A DNA stretch of 32,000 nt from an archaeon (GCA_041657425.1 JBBABY010000005.1:60001-92000); one strand, 5' to 3'. Counted from the stretch's first letter, positions 9,407 through 17,986 are shown. Notes: generated from the sequence alone by a model not told the origin. Program-made: numbers and translations.

Positions 9407-9988
9407 ATGTCAACTGTTAAAATACTTGTAGAAGGTTATGCTCACGAAGGAAAAGATTGTTATGAAGCAACTTGTTCGACAGTTTTAATTGAGGATTCCG
9501 GAAAAAGAATAATTGTTGATCCAGGTTGTAACGAGAAACTACTTCTTAATGCATTAAAGAAAGAAAAATTAACCCCAAAAGATATTGATTTAATTTTCTT
9601 AACACATTATCATATTGATCACTTATTAAATATAAGATTATTTCCTGGAATTGATATCTTAGATGGAGACATAATTTATCGTGGAGATAAAGAATTTTCT
9701 TTTAAAAAGAAAATACCTGGCACAAATATTGAAGTAATAGAAACTCCAGGCCACGCACACGAACAAGTAACTCTTTTAGTAAAAACTGAAAAAGGCATCA
9801 TTGCAATTGCGGAAGACTTATGGTGGTGGGAAGATGGAAAACAAAAAACAGATAAGAAATCATTATTATCTTTAAAAGATCCATTTGTAAAAAATAAGCA
9901 AGCATTATTGAAAAGCAGGAAATTAATATTACAAAAAGCAGACTATATAATTCCAGGACACGGAAAAATGTTTAAAGTAGAAAAGTGA
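9407..9988 (+). CDS. Metallo-beta-lactamase-fold hydrolase
   Basis: THYHIDH (the HxHxDH motif), plus downstream GH..H and PGHG motifs. Confidence 0.8.
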   Translation: MSTVKILVEGYAHEGKDCYEATCSTVLIEDSGKRIIVDPGCNEKLLLNALKKEKLTPKDIDLIFLTHYHIDHLLNIRLFPGIDILDGDIIYRGDKEFSFKKKIPGTNIEVIETPGHAHEQVTLLVKTEKGIIAIAEDLWWWEDGKQKTDKKSLLSLKDPFVKNKQALLKSRKLILQKADYIIPGHGKMFKVEK

Positions 9989-9993
9989 GTGTT

Positions 9994-10188
9994 ATGAAAC
10001 TAGGAAAATATAAACACTACAAGGGGAAGATTGTAGAAGTTATTAGTGTTGGTAAGCACACAGAGACAAATGAAGATTTAGTAATCTATAAAGAAGGAAA
10101 AAACTTTTGGGTAAGACCAGAAAAAATCTTTAAAGAGAAAGTAATTGTAAATGGAAAATCAGTTTCAAGATTTAAATATATAAAATAA
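9994..10188 (+). CDS. DUF1653 family small protein
   Basis: YKHYKGKIVEVISVGKHTETNEDLVIYKEG..FWVRPEKIF matches the DUF1653 pattern. I prefer the ATG at 9994 over the GTG at 9985, which overlaps the upstream stop. Confidence 0.65.
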   Translation: MKLGKYKHYKGKIVEVISVGKHTETNEDLVIYKEGKNFWVRPEKIFKEKVIVNGKSVSRFKYIK

Positions 10189-10207
10189 AAAGGAAGTGAA
10201 AAATAGT

Positions 10208-11548
10208 ATGAAAACAAGATTTTATGAAAATGCAGGACTTTCTAGTCCAAAGGTATTATTACCAAAAAAAGAAATAGATTATACTAAATGGTCAGTTGTT
10301 GCTTGTGACCAGTATACCTCTGAACCAGAATATTGGAATTCTGTTAAAGAGATTGTAGGAAACAATCCCTCAACATTAAAAATAACATTCCCTGAAATTT
10401 ATCTTGAAGATTCAGACAAAGAAGAAAGAATTTCAAATATTGTAACAACAATGAAAGAATATATTTCAAAAAAAATGTTTGATGAACATATGGGGTTCAT
10501 TTATGTTGAAAGACAAATAAAAGACAAAATAAGAAAAGGATTAGTAGTTGCTTTAGATTTAGAAAAATATGATTATAATAAAGGTTCAACAACACTTGTC
10601 AGAGCAACAGAAGGAACAATTTTAGAAAGACTTCCACCAAGGATTGAAATACGTAAAGATGCACCTTTAGAATTGCCACACATAATGGTATTAATTGATG
10701 ATCCTAAAGGGAAAGTTATTGAAAAGATTAGCGAGAATAAAAAAGATTTTGAAAAAGTATATGATTTTAATCTTATGAAAAAAGGTGGGCATATTGAAGG
10801 TTATCTAGTAAATAAAAGATTTGAAAAGAAAGCAGCTAAAGAATTAGAAAGACTTGCTAGTCCAGAAAAATTTAAAAAGAAATATAAGTTAGATAAAGAT
10901 TATCCTGTTCTTTTGTATGCTGTTGGAGATGGCAATCATTCTCTAGCAACAGCTAAAGCAGTTTGGGAGAATCTAAAGAACACTGCAGAAAACAAAGTTG
11001 AAATAATGAACCATCCTGCAAGATTTGCTTTAATTGAACTTGTTAATCTTCATGACGAGTCTTTAGAGTTTGAAGCAATTCACAGAGTATTATTTAATCT
11101 AAAGAAAGACATTGTTAAAGAAATGAAAAATCATTTTGGAGATTGTTTTAGTTTTTCTAAAAAATCAAAAGAAGAAGTTATTGAAATAATAAAAACAAAG
11201 AAAAGCAAAGATAAACATTTTATTGGTTTAATTACAGAGAATCCTAAAACAACTGGAATCATAAAAGTGGCTAGTCCGAAATCAAACTTGCCAGTTGGGA
11301 CAATACAGGATTTCTTGGACAGTTTTGGTAAATCAGGTGGCTTTGAAAAGATAGACTATGTCCATGGCGAGGATGTGGTGTGCTCTCTTGGTCAAAAACC
11401 AAACAACGCAGGAATCTATCTTCCAACAATTCAAAAGAAACAATTCTACAAAACTGTAATTGTTGATGGCGCTTTACCAAGAAAGACATTTTCAATGGGA
11501 GAAGCACACGAGAAAAGATATTATTTAGAGACAAGAAAGATTAGGTAA
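10208..11548 (+). CDS. DUF1015 family protein
   Basis: The size (about 446 aa), the N-terminal VVACDQYTSEP (compare PPYDVIS) and the central GDGNHSLATAKA (compare ADGHHR) fit DUF1015. The start is either ATG 10208 or GTG 10196. Confidence 0.5.
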   Translation: MKTRFYENAGLSSPKVLLPKKEIDYTKWSVVACDQYTSEPEYWNSVKEIVGNNPSTLKITFPEIYLEDSDKEERISNIVTTMKEYISKKMFDEHMGFIYVERQIKDKIRKGLVVALDLEKYDYNKGSTTLVRATEGTILERLPPRIEIRKDAPLELPHIMVLIDDPKGKVIEKISENKKDFEKVYDFNLMKKGGHIEGYLVNKRFEKKAAKELERLASPEKFKKKYKLDKDYPVLLYAVGDGNHSLATAKAVWENLKNTAENKVEIMNHPARFALIELVNLHDESLEFEAIHRVLFNLKKDIVKEMKNHFGDCFSFSKKSKEEVIEIIKTKKSKDKHFIGLITENPKTTGIIKVASPKSNLPVGTIQDFLDSFGKSGGFEKIDYVHGEDVVCSLGQKPNNAGIYLPTIQKKQFYKTVIVDGALPRKTFSMGEAHEKRYYLETRKIR

Positions 11549-11621
11549 AAACCTAATCTAAAAATATAGTATTTAAACACAAGTAAACAGTATATATATT
11601 ACCATTAAGGAGGAAACAATT

Positions 11622-12503
11622 ATGAGTTTAAAAGAACAATTTGAAAAATTAAAAGAAAATTGGTTATTAATTCTTTTAGTAGTATTAGTTTTAGGAACGA
11701 TGATTTACTTACCAAACATAAGTGTTGGTTCAAGTTATAATTATGCTTCTGATTCTGCACTAGGAGGATATGCTCCCGCTTATGCAAAAGAAAGCTATCT
11801 AAATTATCAAAATCAAAATTTCTCTCCAGAAGTATTGAACCGTAAAATCGTTAAAACTTCAAATTTAGGAATTGAAACAAAGATAGGTAAATTTAAAGAA
11901 ACAGATTCTCAAGTAAGAGAGGTAGTTAAAGGAACCGAATCAATAATTATAACTGAAAACATTTATTCAAATAAATTTGATTCAAAGGAAATATTTACAG
12001 GCAACTACACAATTAAAGTAAAAACAGATAAACTAGATTTAGTAACAAATCAACTTAAGACTTTAGGAAAAGTAACAAGTTTTAATCAAGGAGCTGATGA
12101 CGTTACTGGAGAATACACAAATGTAAACATAGAATTACAAGTTGAAAAAGAAAGACTTGAAAGATTTCAAGAAATGTATGCAGAAGCTGAAGAAATTAAA
12201 GATAAAATAGAATTAAACGACAGAATCTTTAATCAAGAAAGAACAATTAAATATCTAGAAGATTCAATAAAAGATGTTGATCAAAGAATTGACTATTCAA
12301 CAATCTATTTAACAATAAACGAAAGGTCAGACTATCTAGGTATTGCTTTTGTTAAGTTATCAGATCTTTTAAGATCATTTATGAGCAGTTTAAATTCCTT
12401 AGTAAGACTAATAGTAGTAGTTCTTCCTTGGGTATTGATTGCAGGATTTATTTACGCAGTAAGTAAGTTAACCAAAAAGCAAGAAATCAAGAAGAAAAGA
12501 TAA
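11622..12503 (+). CDS. DUF4349-like membrane protein
   Basis: AGGAGG RBS. It has an N-terminal TM, a central DDVTGEYTNVNIELQVEKERLERFQEM coiled-coil motif and a C-terminal TM, which is the typical DUF4349 layout. Confidence 0.6.
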   Translation: MSLKEQFEKLKENWLLILLVVLVLGTMIYLPNISVGSSYNYASDSALGGYAPAYAKESYLNYQNQNFSPEVLNRKIVKTSNLGIETKIGKFKETDSQVREVVKGTESIIITENIYSNKFDSKEIFTGNYTIKVKTDKLDLVTNQLKTLGKVTSFNQGADDVTGEYTNVNIELQVEKERLERFQEMYAEAEEIKDKIELNDRIFNQERTIKYLEDSIKDVDQRIDYSTIYLTINERSDYLGIAFVKLSDLLRSFMSSLNSLVRLIVVVLPWVLIAGFIYAVSKLTKKQEIKKKR

Positions 12504-12551
12504 TTTTTCTTTTCTTTTCTATTTTTATTATTTTCTAATCTAATATTATTT

Positions 12552-12968
12552 ATGTTAAAAATATACTTTGCAGGATCAATTAGTGGTGGAAGAGATGACC
12601 AAGAAATCTATTTTGAATTAATAAATTATCTTAAGACTAAGGGACAAGTTCTAACAGAGCATATTTCAGATAAAAATTTAAGTTCTTATGGCGAGAGCAA
12701 TAAATTAACTTCTGAGCAAATCTTTACAAGAGATGTAAACTGGTTAAAAGAATCAGATATTGTTGTTGCAGAAGTTACTCAAGTTTCTTTAAGTGTTGGT
12801 TATGAATTAGGGCTTTCTGAAAGTTTAAATAAAAAAGTAATTTGCCTATATCGTCAAAAAGAAGGAAAAAGACTTTCAGCAATGATTTCTGGTAACCACA
12901 ACTTCTTAGTTAAAGAATATCAAACAATAGAAGAAGCAAAAAGGATTATTGATGAGATTTTCAAATGA
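12552..12968 (+). CDS. 2'-deoxynucleoside 5'-phosphate N-hydrolase (DNPH1/Rcl-like, nucleoside 2-deoxyribosyltransferase superfamily)
   Basis: IYFAGSISGGRDDQEIYFELINYLKTKGQVLTEHI closely parallels the DNPH1 signature IYFCGSIRGGRED...G.VLTEHV. A later VSLSVGYELG motif is also present. Confidence 0.75.
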   Translation: MLKIYFAGSISGGRDDQEIYFELINYLKTKGQVLTEHISDKNLSSYGESNKLTSEQIFTRDVNWLKESDIVVAEVTQVSLSVGYELGLSESLNKKVICLYRQKEGKRLSAMISGNHNFLVKEYQTIEEAKRIIDEIFK

Positions 12969-12969
12969 A

Positions 12970-13147
12970 CAATATATATATATATTTCGTTCATTCATTC
13001 TATTAAATTACAATTAAATAATTAAAAAATTGGAGGAAACCAAAATGGCAAAAGAAAATAATAAAAAGCTAATCATTTGGGCATTAGTAGCTTTAGTGAT
13101 TGGTGTAATAATAGGGTTAGTAATAACAAACCTGACAACAACAGGAA
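12970..13147 (+). repeat. Direct repeat copy 1: promoter + RBS + signal-anchor coding cassette of the surface-protein family
   Basis: Aligned by eye to 14062-14235. A 73-nt run (cgttcattcattc...atggcaaaagaaaata) and a 41-nt run (taatcatttgggc...ggtgtaata) are identical. An (AT)n tract at the 5' edge differs in length between copies. Confidence 0.9.
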
Positions 13148-13995
13148 AAGGGGGTTATATCTCTGAAATTCACCAGATTCGTCCAAAAACACAGGTTGGG
13201 ATAACTATGCCTATTCCAATTTATTTGGAGTTAGTTCAAGAAATAGATAGTGTTAATGGTGGAACAGGTACTATTAATAAGTATGCGTTTATTGAAAACG
13301 AAGAATTTCACTCTAATTTACCCGGGAAAGTTAGAAAAAATACCACCGTCAACTTTTCTGATGGCACAGTATTATCTGACGATTATACTTCAGAATTAGA
13401 GTATTCTGCATATTATTCAGAATATATTGCAGGAACCTTTTTTGGTCCATTTACTTCAATAGAGGCTACTATATATGATATGAAAGTAACTTCTATAATT
13501 GATGCACACTTTAAAATAGGTTCTAAAATAATACCTAAATCATTAACAACTGTATTTAATCCGAATGAAGATTTATTTGCAGTAGTTAATAGTCTTGATT
13601 TAGATTGTAGTGGTCAATATAATCTAACACATTCAGAAGTAGGAGATATTGATGAAATATCTGGGAATTTATATATTTCTCAATATAATCAAGGCACCGG
13701 TTGGACTAATGTTTTACAGGATTACCCTTTAGATTTAACCTCGTCAGCAGATAATACCTATACAGGATATATTCCAGCATCTGCAATAACTCAGTTAAAC
13801 AATGGAAGTCAGTACATTAGAGTGTCGATTAATAGTCACATTATTACTGCAACAGGATTACAAACAAGTGCAGAAATGCACAAATATCTAAATTGTCAAA
13901 CCAATAAATCTGAATCATTAACTCCTGAAGAAATAAAGGACGTGAGAAAGATAACAGGCTATAAATCAATAGATGAAAGAGCAAAAATAAAATAA
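13045..13995 (+). CDS. Membrane-anchored or secreted surface protein, paralog 2 of the MAKENNKKLIIWALVAL family
   Basis: I take the ATG at 13045 as the start, because the listed TTG at 13030 lies inside the GGAGGA RBS. It has one N-terminal TM. The ectodomain carries two conserved Cys (LDLDCSGQYNL, YLNCQTNK). Confidence 0.8.
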   Translation: MAKENNKKLIIWALVALVIGVIIGLVITNLTTTGKGGYISEIHQIRPKTQVGITMPIPIYLELVQEIDSVNGGTGTINKYAFIENEEFHSNLPGKVRKNTTVNFSDGTVLSDDYTSELEYSAYYSEYIAGTFFGPFTSIEATIYDMKVTSIIDAHFKIGSKIIPKSLTTVFNPNEDLFAVVNSLDLDCSGQYNLTHSEVGDIDEISGNLYISQYNQGTGWTNVLQDYPLDLTSSADNTYTGYIPASAITQLNNGSQYIRVSINSHIITATGLQTSAEMHKYLNCQTNKSESLTPEEIKDVRKITGYKSIDERAKIK

Positions 13996-14061
13996 GTTCT
14001 AACTACACAAAATGAGATTATTTAATTAATCTTATTTTTCTTTTTCTTTTTTCTTAAGCGG

Positions 14062-14235
14062 CAATATATATATATCGTTCATTCATTCTATTAAATTACA
14101 ATTAAATAATTAAAAAATTGGAGGAAACCAAAATGGCAAAAGAAAATAAAAAATCATTAATCATTTGGGCATTAGTAGCTTTAGTGATTGGTGTAATATT
14201 AGGATTAGTAATAACAAATTTATCAACAACAGGAC
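14062..14235 (+). repeat. Direct repeat copy 2: promoter + RBS + signal-anchor coding cassette of the surface-protein family
   Basis: See 12970-13147. A third, partial copy covers only the coding part at 625-730. Confidence 0.9.
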
Positions 14236-15080
14236 AAGCAAAATCTATAACAGAGGTTGCGCCAAGAACATTAATTGGCACGGGATATAATTTTGTATTA
14301 TATCAAAATATGAGTTTTGAAAATCCAAATGGAGAATATCTTTTATGGACGCAAGAAAACTTACAATCTAATGTTCCTGCAAGAATTAAAAAAGAATCTT
14401 CAATGTCATATAATTTAGACGATTTCAGACCATACTTTCTTAATTCTTCTATAACTAATACAGAAAGAGCAGAAAATAGCAATTTAGGTTATGCTGCATA
14501 TCCAGAAACTGTTTTATGGTTTCCAAACACAACAAACACCCCCACCGTGTCCTATTCTTATTTTACAGAATGGACTTTTGGTAATGGAGTGACTAAAACA
14601 GAAGGTACTGGTTATTCAGTAAATGAAAATTATAATTCATTTATAGAAGCAAGTTCTTTAAATGTAAATTGTTCTAATTATGAACTTGTTCATTCTACCC
14701 CTACGGGAATTAATTATCTTGGATATCAATTCTATATATATGATACAACTTACAATTATGATCAAGTTTATTACGGGTCTTGGATAGAAGCAAGAATAAA
14801 TCCTAACGGTATTCAACAAGGAAATTTGCCACAAGAGGCAATAGATATATTGCAAAATAATAATGGATATGAGGGAGTATTGATTGCACATATATCTACT
14901 ACCGAGAATATGTATACTGTGGTTTACAGTGCTAATACTTATTTAAATTGTCAAAATGGCGCAATTACTAAATTAAATTCTGATGGTTTACAAAAATTAC
15001 AACAAAAAACAGGAACTCCAATAGACGTAATAAAAAAATTACATGAAGAAGGTAAGATGCCTTTTACAGTACAAAAATAA
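14133..15080 (+). CDS. Membrane-anchored or secreted surface protein, paralog 3 of the MAKENNKKLIIWALVAL family
   Basis: ATG at 14133 follows GGAGGA. The N-terminal 40 aa are nearly identical to paralog 2. The remainder is only weakly similar (LNVNCSNYELV, YLNCQNGA). Confidence 0.8.
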   Translation: MAKENKKSLIIWALVALVIGVILGLVITNLSTTGQAKSITEVAPRTLIGTGYNFVLYQNMSFENPNGEYLLWTQENLQSNVPARIKKESSMSYNLDDFRPYFLNSSITNTERAENSNLGYAAYPETVLWFPNTTNTPTVSYSYFTEWTFGNGVTKTEGTGYSVNENYNSFIEASSLNVNCSNYELVHSTPTGINYLGYQFYIYDTTYNYDQVYYGSWIEARINPNGIQQGNLPQEAIDILQNNNGYEGVLIAHISTTENMYTVVYSANTYLNCQNGAITKLNSDGLQKLQQKTGTPIDVIKKLHEEGKMPFTVQK

Positions 15081-15093
15081 AATCAACTAGATT

Positions 15094-16761
15094 TTATTTT
15101 TCTTTTTCTTTTTTTTCTTTAGCTTTTTTTACAAATTCTACAAACAACGGGTGTGGAGTAAGTAGCTTTGATTTAAGTTCAGGGTGTGCTTGTGTTCCAA
15201 TAAAGAAAGGATGTTTCTTAATTTCAATAAATTCAAGAAGTTCTCCAGTTGGGTCCATTCCACAAAGCACAAGTCCTTTTTCTTTCAAGATTGAATGATA
15301 CTTTGGATTAACTTCATATCTATGTCTGTGTCTTTCAGTAATTTTGTTTTTACCATATATTTTTGCAACCTGTGATCCATCTTGTAATTCAGCAACACAA
15401 GACCCAAGCCTCATGCTTCCACCAATCTTTTTATTTTCTTGACCAGGAAGGATAGTAACAATTGGTTCTTTACAATCTTTGTCAATTTCTGTTGTGTGTG
15501 CCTCAGGCAGTCCACAAACATTTCTTGCATACTCAATAACAGCAAGTTGCATTCCGTAGCAAAGTCCTAAGTAAGGAACATTATTTTCTCTAGCATATCT
15601 AATAATATTTAATTTTCCATTAATTCCTCTAGCTCCAAAACCACCAGGAACAATAATTCCATCAAGTTCTTTAATTTCTGGAGAGTTGGAAACGCCATCT
15701 TCTTCATATTTCTCAGTATCAATAAGTCTAATTTCTAAAGATTCAGATACTGTGGTTTTAGCATGATGTAAGGCTTCAATAACTGAAGCATAAGAGTCGT
15801 CAATACCGGTGTATTTTCCACATATGCCAATAACAATTTTTTCTTTAGTTCCAGTTTCTATCTTTTTAACTGCTTCAATAAATTTATCGAATTCTAAATT
15901 AGTATTTATTTTTAATTTCTTAGAAATGAGTTTATCTAGTTTTTGATTTTTAAAATTAATCGGTATTTCGTAAATATTTTTAACATCACAACCAGAGATT
16001 AATTGTTCAGGTAGTAGTGCACAATTTTCAGTAAGTTTCTCAATAGCCTTCTTATCAAGCATCCGCTTTGCTCTACAGATGACTGCGTCAGGAATAATTC
16101 CTCTTTTAAGTAATTCAGCAATACTATTTTGTGCAGGTTTAGTTTTCTGTTCATCGCTTGGTGCAATTTCAGGAACATAAGCGAGATGTACAAAAAAAAC
16201 ATTTTCTTTTCCAAGTTTTCTTCTAATTCCTTTACAAGCAGTAATGTACAATTCATTTTCTAAATCTCCAACAGTTCCTCCAATTTCAAGAAGTACAATG
16301 TTTGCATCATTATCAAGTGCAGTTTTAATAACTCTATATTCTATGTAATTAGTAACTTCTGGTATTAACTTTACAGTTTTTCCTAAAAAAGCTCCGCTTC
16401 TCTCTAAGTCAATTATTTCTTTGTAGATTTTTCCCATTGTTAGGTTCTGAGATCCATTACAAGAAATATCTAAATATCTTTCATAATGTCCAAAATCCAT
16501 ATCCACTTCTGTTCCATCATCAAGAACAAAAACTTCTCCGTGTTCCACAGGGTTCATAGTCCCTGGATCAAAATTAAGATAACCATCACATTTGATTGGT
16601 ATTTTCTTAAGATCATTATCTAAAAGAAGAGCAATACTAGAAGCAGAAACTCCTTTACCAATCCCAGAAAGCACTCCGCCAGTAATTATTACAAATTTTA
16701 GTTTCTTGTCAATTGCTTGACTATAAATATCATTAGTTTCTTTATAATCCATAAATCTCAT
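15094..16761 (-). CDS. pyrG: CTP synthase
   Basis: FVIITGGVLSGIGKG and GTVGD..N motifs mark the N-terminal synthase domain. The C-terminal glutaminase domain has GLCYGMQ and the HRHRYEVN motif. Confidence 0.95.
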   Translation of the reverse strand: MRFMDYKETNDIYSQAIDKKLKFVIITGGVLSGIGKGVSASSIALLLDNDLKKIPIKCDGYLNFDPGTMNPVEHGEVFVLDDGTEVDMDFGHYERYLDISCNGSQNLTMGKIYKEIIDLERSGAFLGKTVKLIPEVTNYIEYRVIKTALDNDANIVLLEIGGTVGDLENELYITACKGIRRKLGKENVFFVHLAYVPEIAPSDEQKTKPAQNSIAELLKRGIIPDAVICRAKRMLDKKAIEKLTENCALLPEQLISGCDVKNIYEIPINFKNQKLDKLISKKLKINTNLEFDKFIEAVKKIETGTKEKIVIGICGKYTGIDDSYASVIEALHHAKTTVSESLEIRLIDTEKYEEDGVSNSPEIKELDGIIVPGGFGARGINGKLNIIRYARENNVPYLGLCYGMQLAVIEYARNVCGLPEAHTTEIDKDCKEPIVTILPGQENKKIGGSMRLGSCVAELQDGSQVAKIYGKNKITERHRHRYEVNPKYHSILKEKGLVLCGMDPTGELLEFIEIKKHPFFIGTQAHPELKSKLLTPHPLFVEFVKKAKEKKEKEK

Positions 16762-16834
16762 CTTTACAATTAGTTTAGAAAATTATGTAATAAACAGTTT
16801 ATAATCTTTATTGTTAATTTTGGCAATCGCCAGA

Positions 16835-16842
16835 TTTATATA
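16835..16842 (+). promoter_or_regulatory. Candidate TATA box for the leader/tRNA-Ser(UGA)/tRNA-binding-protein transcript
   Basis: tttatata lies about 25 nt upstream of where the GC-rich leader begins (16866). The call is positional only. Confidence 0.25.
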
Positions 16843-16865
16843 CATTTTTGCTCATAAAATATATA

Positions 16866-16993
16866 TTTGCGGCCAATTTGTAAGGTTATTGTGTGGAAAT
16901 AGTAAACTATTGCGCGCTAACCTCAAAAAAAATACACGGTATTTTTTAGGATCCTAAAAAATCAGTGATTTTTTATGAGAGCGCAACCGGTTT
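16866..16993 (+). other. GC-clamped structured leader element, copy A (upstream of tRNA-Ser UGA)
   Basis: attgcgcgc (16909-16917) comes first. Hairpin 1 is aaaaaatac/gtatttttt (16927-16947). aggatcc follows. Hairpin 2 is taaaaaatca/tgatttttta (16955-16975). gcgcaaccgg (16981-16990) closes the element. It is collinear with copy B. Confidence 0.5.
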
Positions 16994-17038
16994 AGTTAAC
17001 TAGAGAAGAAACGCCTATGAACTGGGCGAACAGTTAAA

Positions 17039-17121
17039 GCAGAGATGGCGGAGTGGCCAAACGCGCCAGCCTTGAGAGCTGGAGTCGAAAGACTACGCGA
17101 GTTCGAATCTCGTTCTCTGCG
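17039..17121 (+). tRNA. tRNA-Ser (anticodon UGA), class II
   Basis: Acceptor stem is GCAGAGA/TCTCTGC and the D-stem is 3 bp. The anticodon stem CCAGC/GCTGG carries loop CTTGAGA. The long variable arm is AGTCGAAAGACTAC. The T-arm is GCGAG-TTCGAAT-CTCGT and the discriminator is G. Confidence 0.9.
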
Positions 17122-17145
17122 CTTAAAATTGTTAAAAGATCATTT

Positions 17146-17484
17146 ATGTCAGAAGAAAAACCAATCATTACTTTTGATGATTTCATAAAATTAGACATAA
17201 GAATAGGAACAGTTATAGAAGCAGAAAAAGTACCAAACAGTTCAAAGCTTCTAAAGCTAATAATTGACTTTGGAGATTTTAAAAGACAAATACTTGCAGG
17301 AATTGGTACCAAGTATTCTCCTGAAGACTTACAAGGTAAACAAATACCAGTAATAGTTAATCTTGCACCAAGAAAGATGGCGGGGTTAGTTAGTCAAGGA
17401 ATGATTATGGCTGTAGGGGATAATGATGTGGAAGCTCTTTTGTTTCCAACAGAAGCCGTAAAATCAGGAAGTTCAGTTCACTAA
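17146..17484 (+). CDS. tRNA-binding domain protein (Trbp111/CsaA/EMAP-like OB fold)
   Basis: DIRIGTVIEAEKVPNSSKLLKLIIDFG...ILAGIGTKYSPEDLQGKQIPVIVNLAPRKMAGLVSQGMIMAV matches the tRNA_bind signature. The start is moved to the ATG at 17146 because the listed 5' extension overlaps the tRNA. Confidence 0.85.
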   Translation: MSEEKPIITFDDFIKLDIRIGTVIEAEKVPNSSKLLKLIIDFGDFKRQILAGIGTKYSPEDLQGKQIPVIVNLAPRKMAGLVSQGMIMAVGDNDVEALLFPTEAVKSGSSVH

Positions 17485-17499
17485 AAGGAAGGGTAAATT

Positions 17500-17769
17500 A
17501 TGGATAAAATTAAAATAAATTATTTTATTGATGTTCTATTAATAATATCATTTATTGTAGTAGCAATAACAAGCCTTGTAATATTTTTCTTTCTTCCAAG
17601 TGGAGTAAGACAAGCAGGTTATCAAACATTTTTAGGATTAACAAAACATTCATGGGGTAATATTCATACAATCTCAGGATTTGCAATGATAATTCTGTCA
17701 TTGATACATTTGATATTACATTTCAAATGGTTAACAACAATGTCAAAAACAATATTTAAGAAAAAATAA
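17500..17769 (+). CDS. Small membrane protein, DUF4405-like
   Basis: Two or three TM helices with conserved His spacing (WGNIHTISG...LIHLILHFKW). Confidence 0.5.
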   Translation: MDKIKINYFIDVLLIISFIVVAITSLVIFFFLPSGVRQAGYQTFLGLTKHSWGNIHTISGFAMIILSLIHLILHFKWLTTMSKTIFKKK

Positions 17770-17774
17770 TTTAG

Positions 17775-17902
17775 TTGTGTGTCGATAAGCAACCAGTTAG
17801 TGCCATACAAATTCTGGCTGGGCGCCAACTCAGGAAAACAAAAGTTTTCAGGATGCCAAGAAATCGCAGCGACGATTTGTTGTGCACGACCGCAACCGGT
17901 TG
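17775..17902 (+). other. GC-clamped structured leader element, copy B (abuts tRNA-Ser GGA)
   Basis: ctggctgggcgcc (17814-17826) comes first. Hairpin 1 is gaaaac/gttttc (17834-17849). aggatgcc follows. Hairpin 2 is aaatcg/cgattt (17861-17878). gaccgcaaccggttg (17888-17902) closes the element. The order matches copy A, with different but still complementary stem sequences. Confidence 0.5.
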
Positions 17903-17903
17903 T

Positions 17904-17986
17904 GCAGAGGTGGTGGAGTGGTCAAACGCACTAGCCTGGAAAGCTAGAGTCGAAAGACTACGCGAGTTCGAATCTCGTCCTCTGCG
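17904..17986 (+). tRNA. tRNA-Ser (anticodon GGA), class II
   Basis: Acceptor stem is GCAGAGG/CCTCTGC. The anticodon stem CTAGC/GCTAG carries loop CTGGAAA. The variable arm is AGTCGAAAGACTAC. The T-arm is GCGAG-TTCGAAT-CTCGT and the discriminator is G. Confidence 0.9.

Noticed and set aside
13030-13044. TTG starts (13030 and 14118) giving an MEETK N-terminal extension on the surface-protein paralogs
   Set aside because: The TTG lies inside the ttGGAGGAaa ribosome-binding site. The ATG 15 nt downstream has ideal spacing and matches the start of the paralog at 625.
17053-17145. N-terminal extension of the tRNA-binding protein ORF
   Set aside because: The extension overlaps tRNA-Ser(UGA). The conserved tRNA_bind domain starts right after the internal ATG at 17146.
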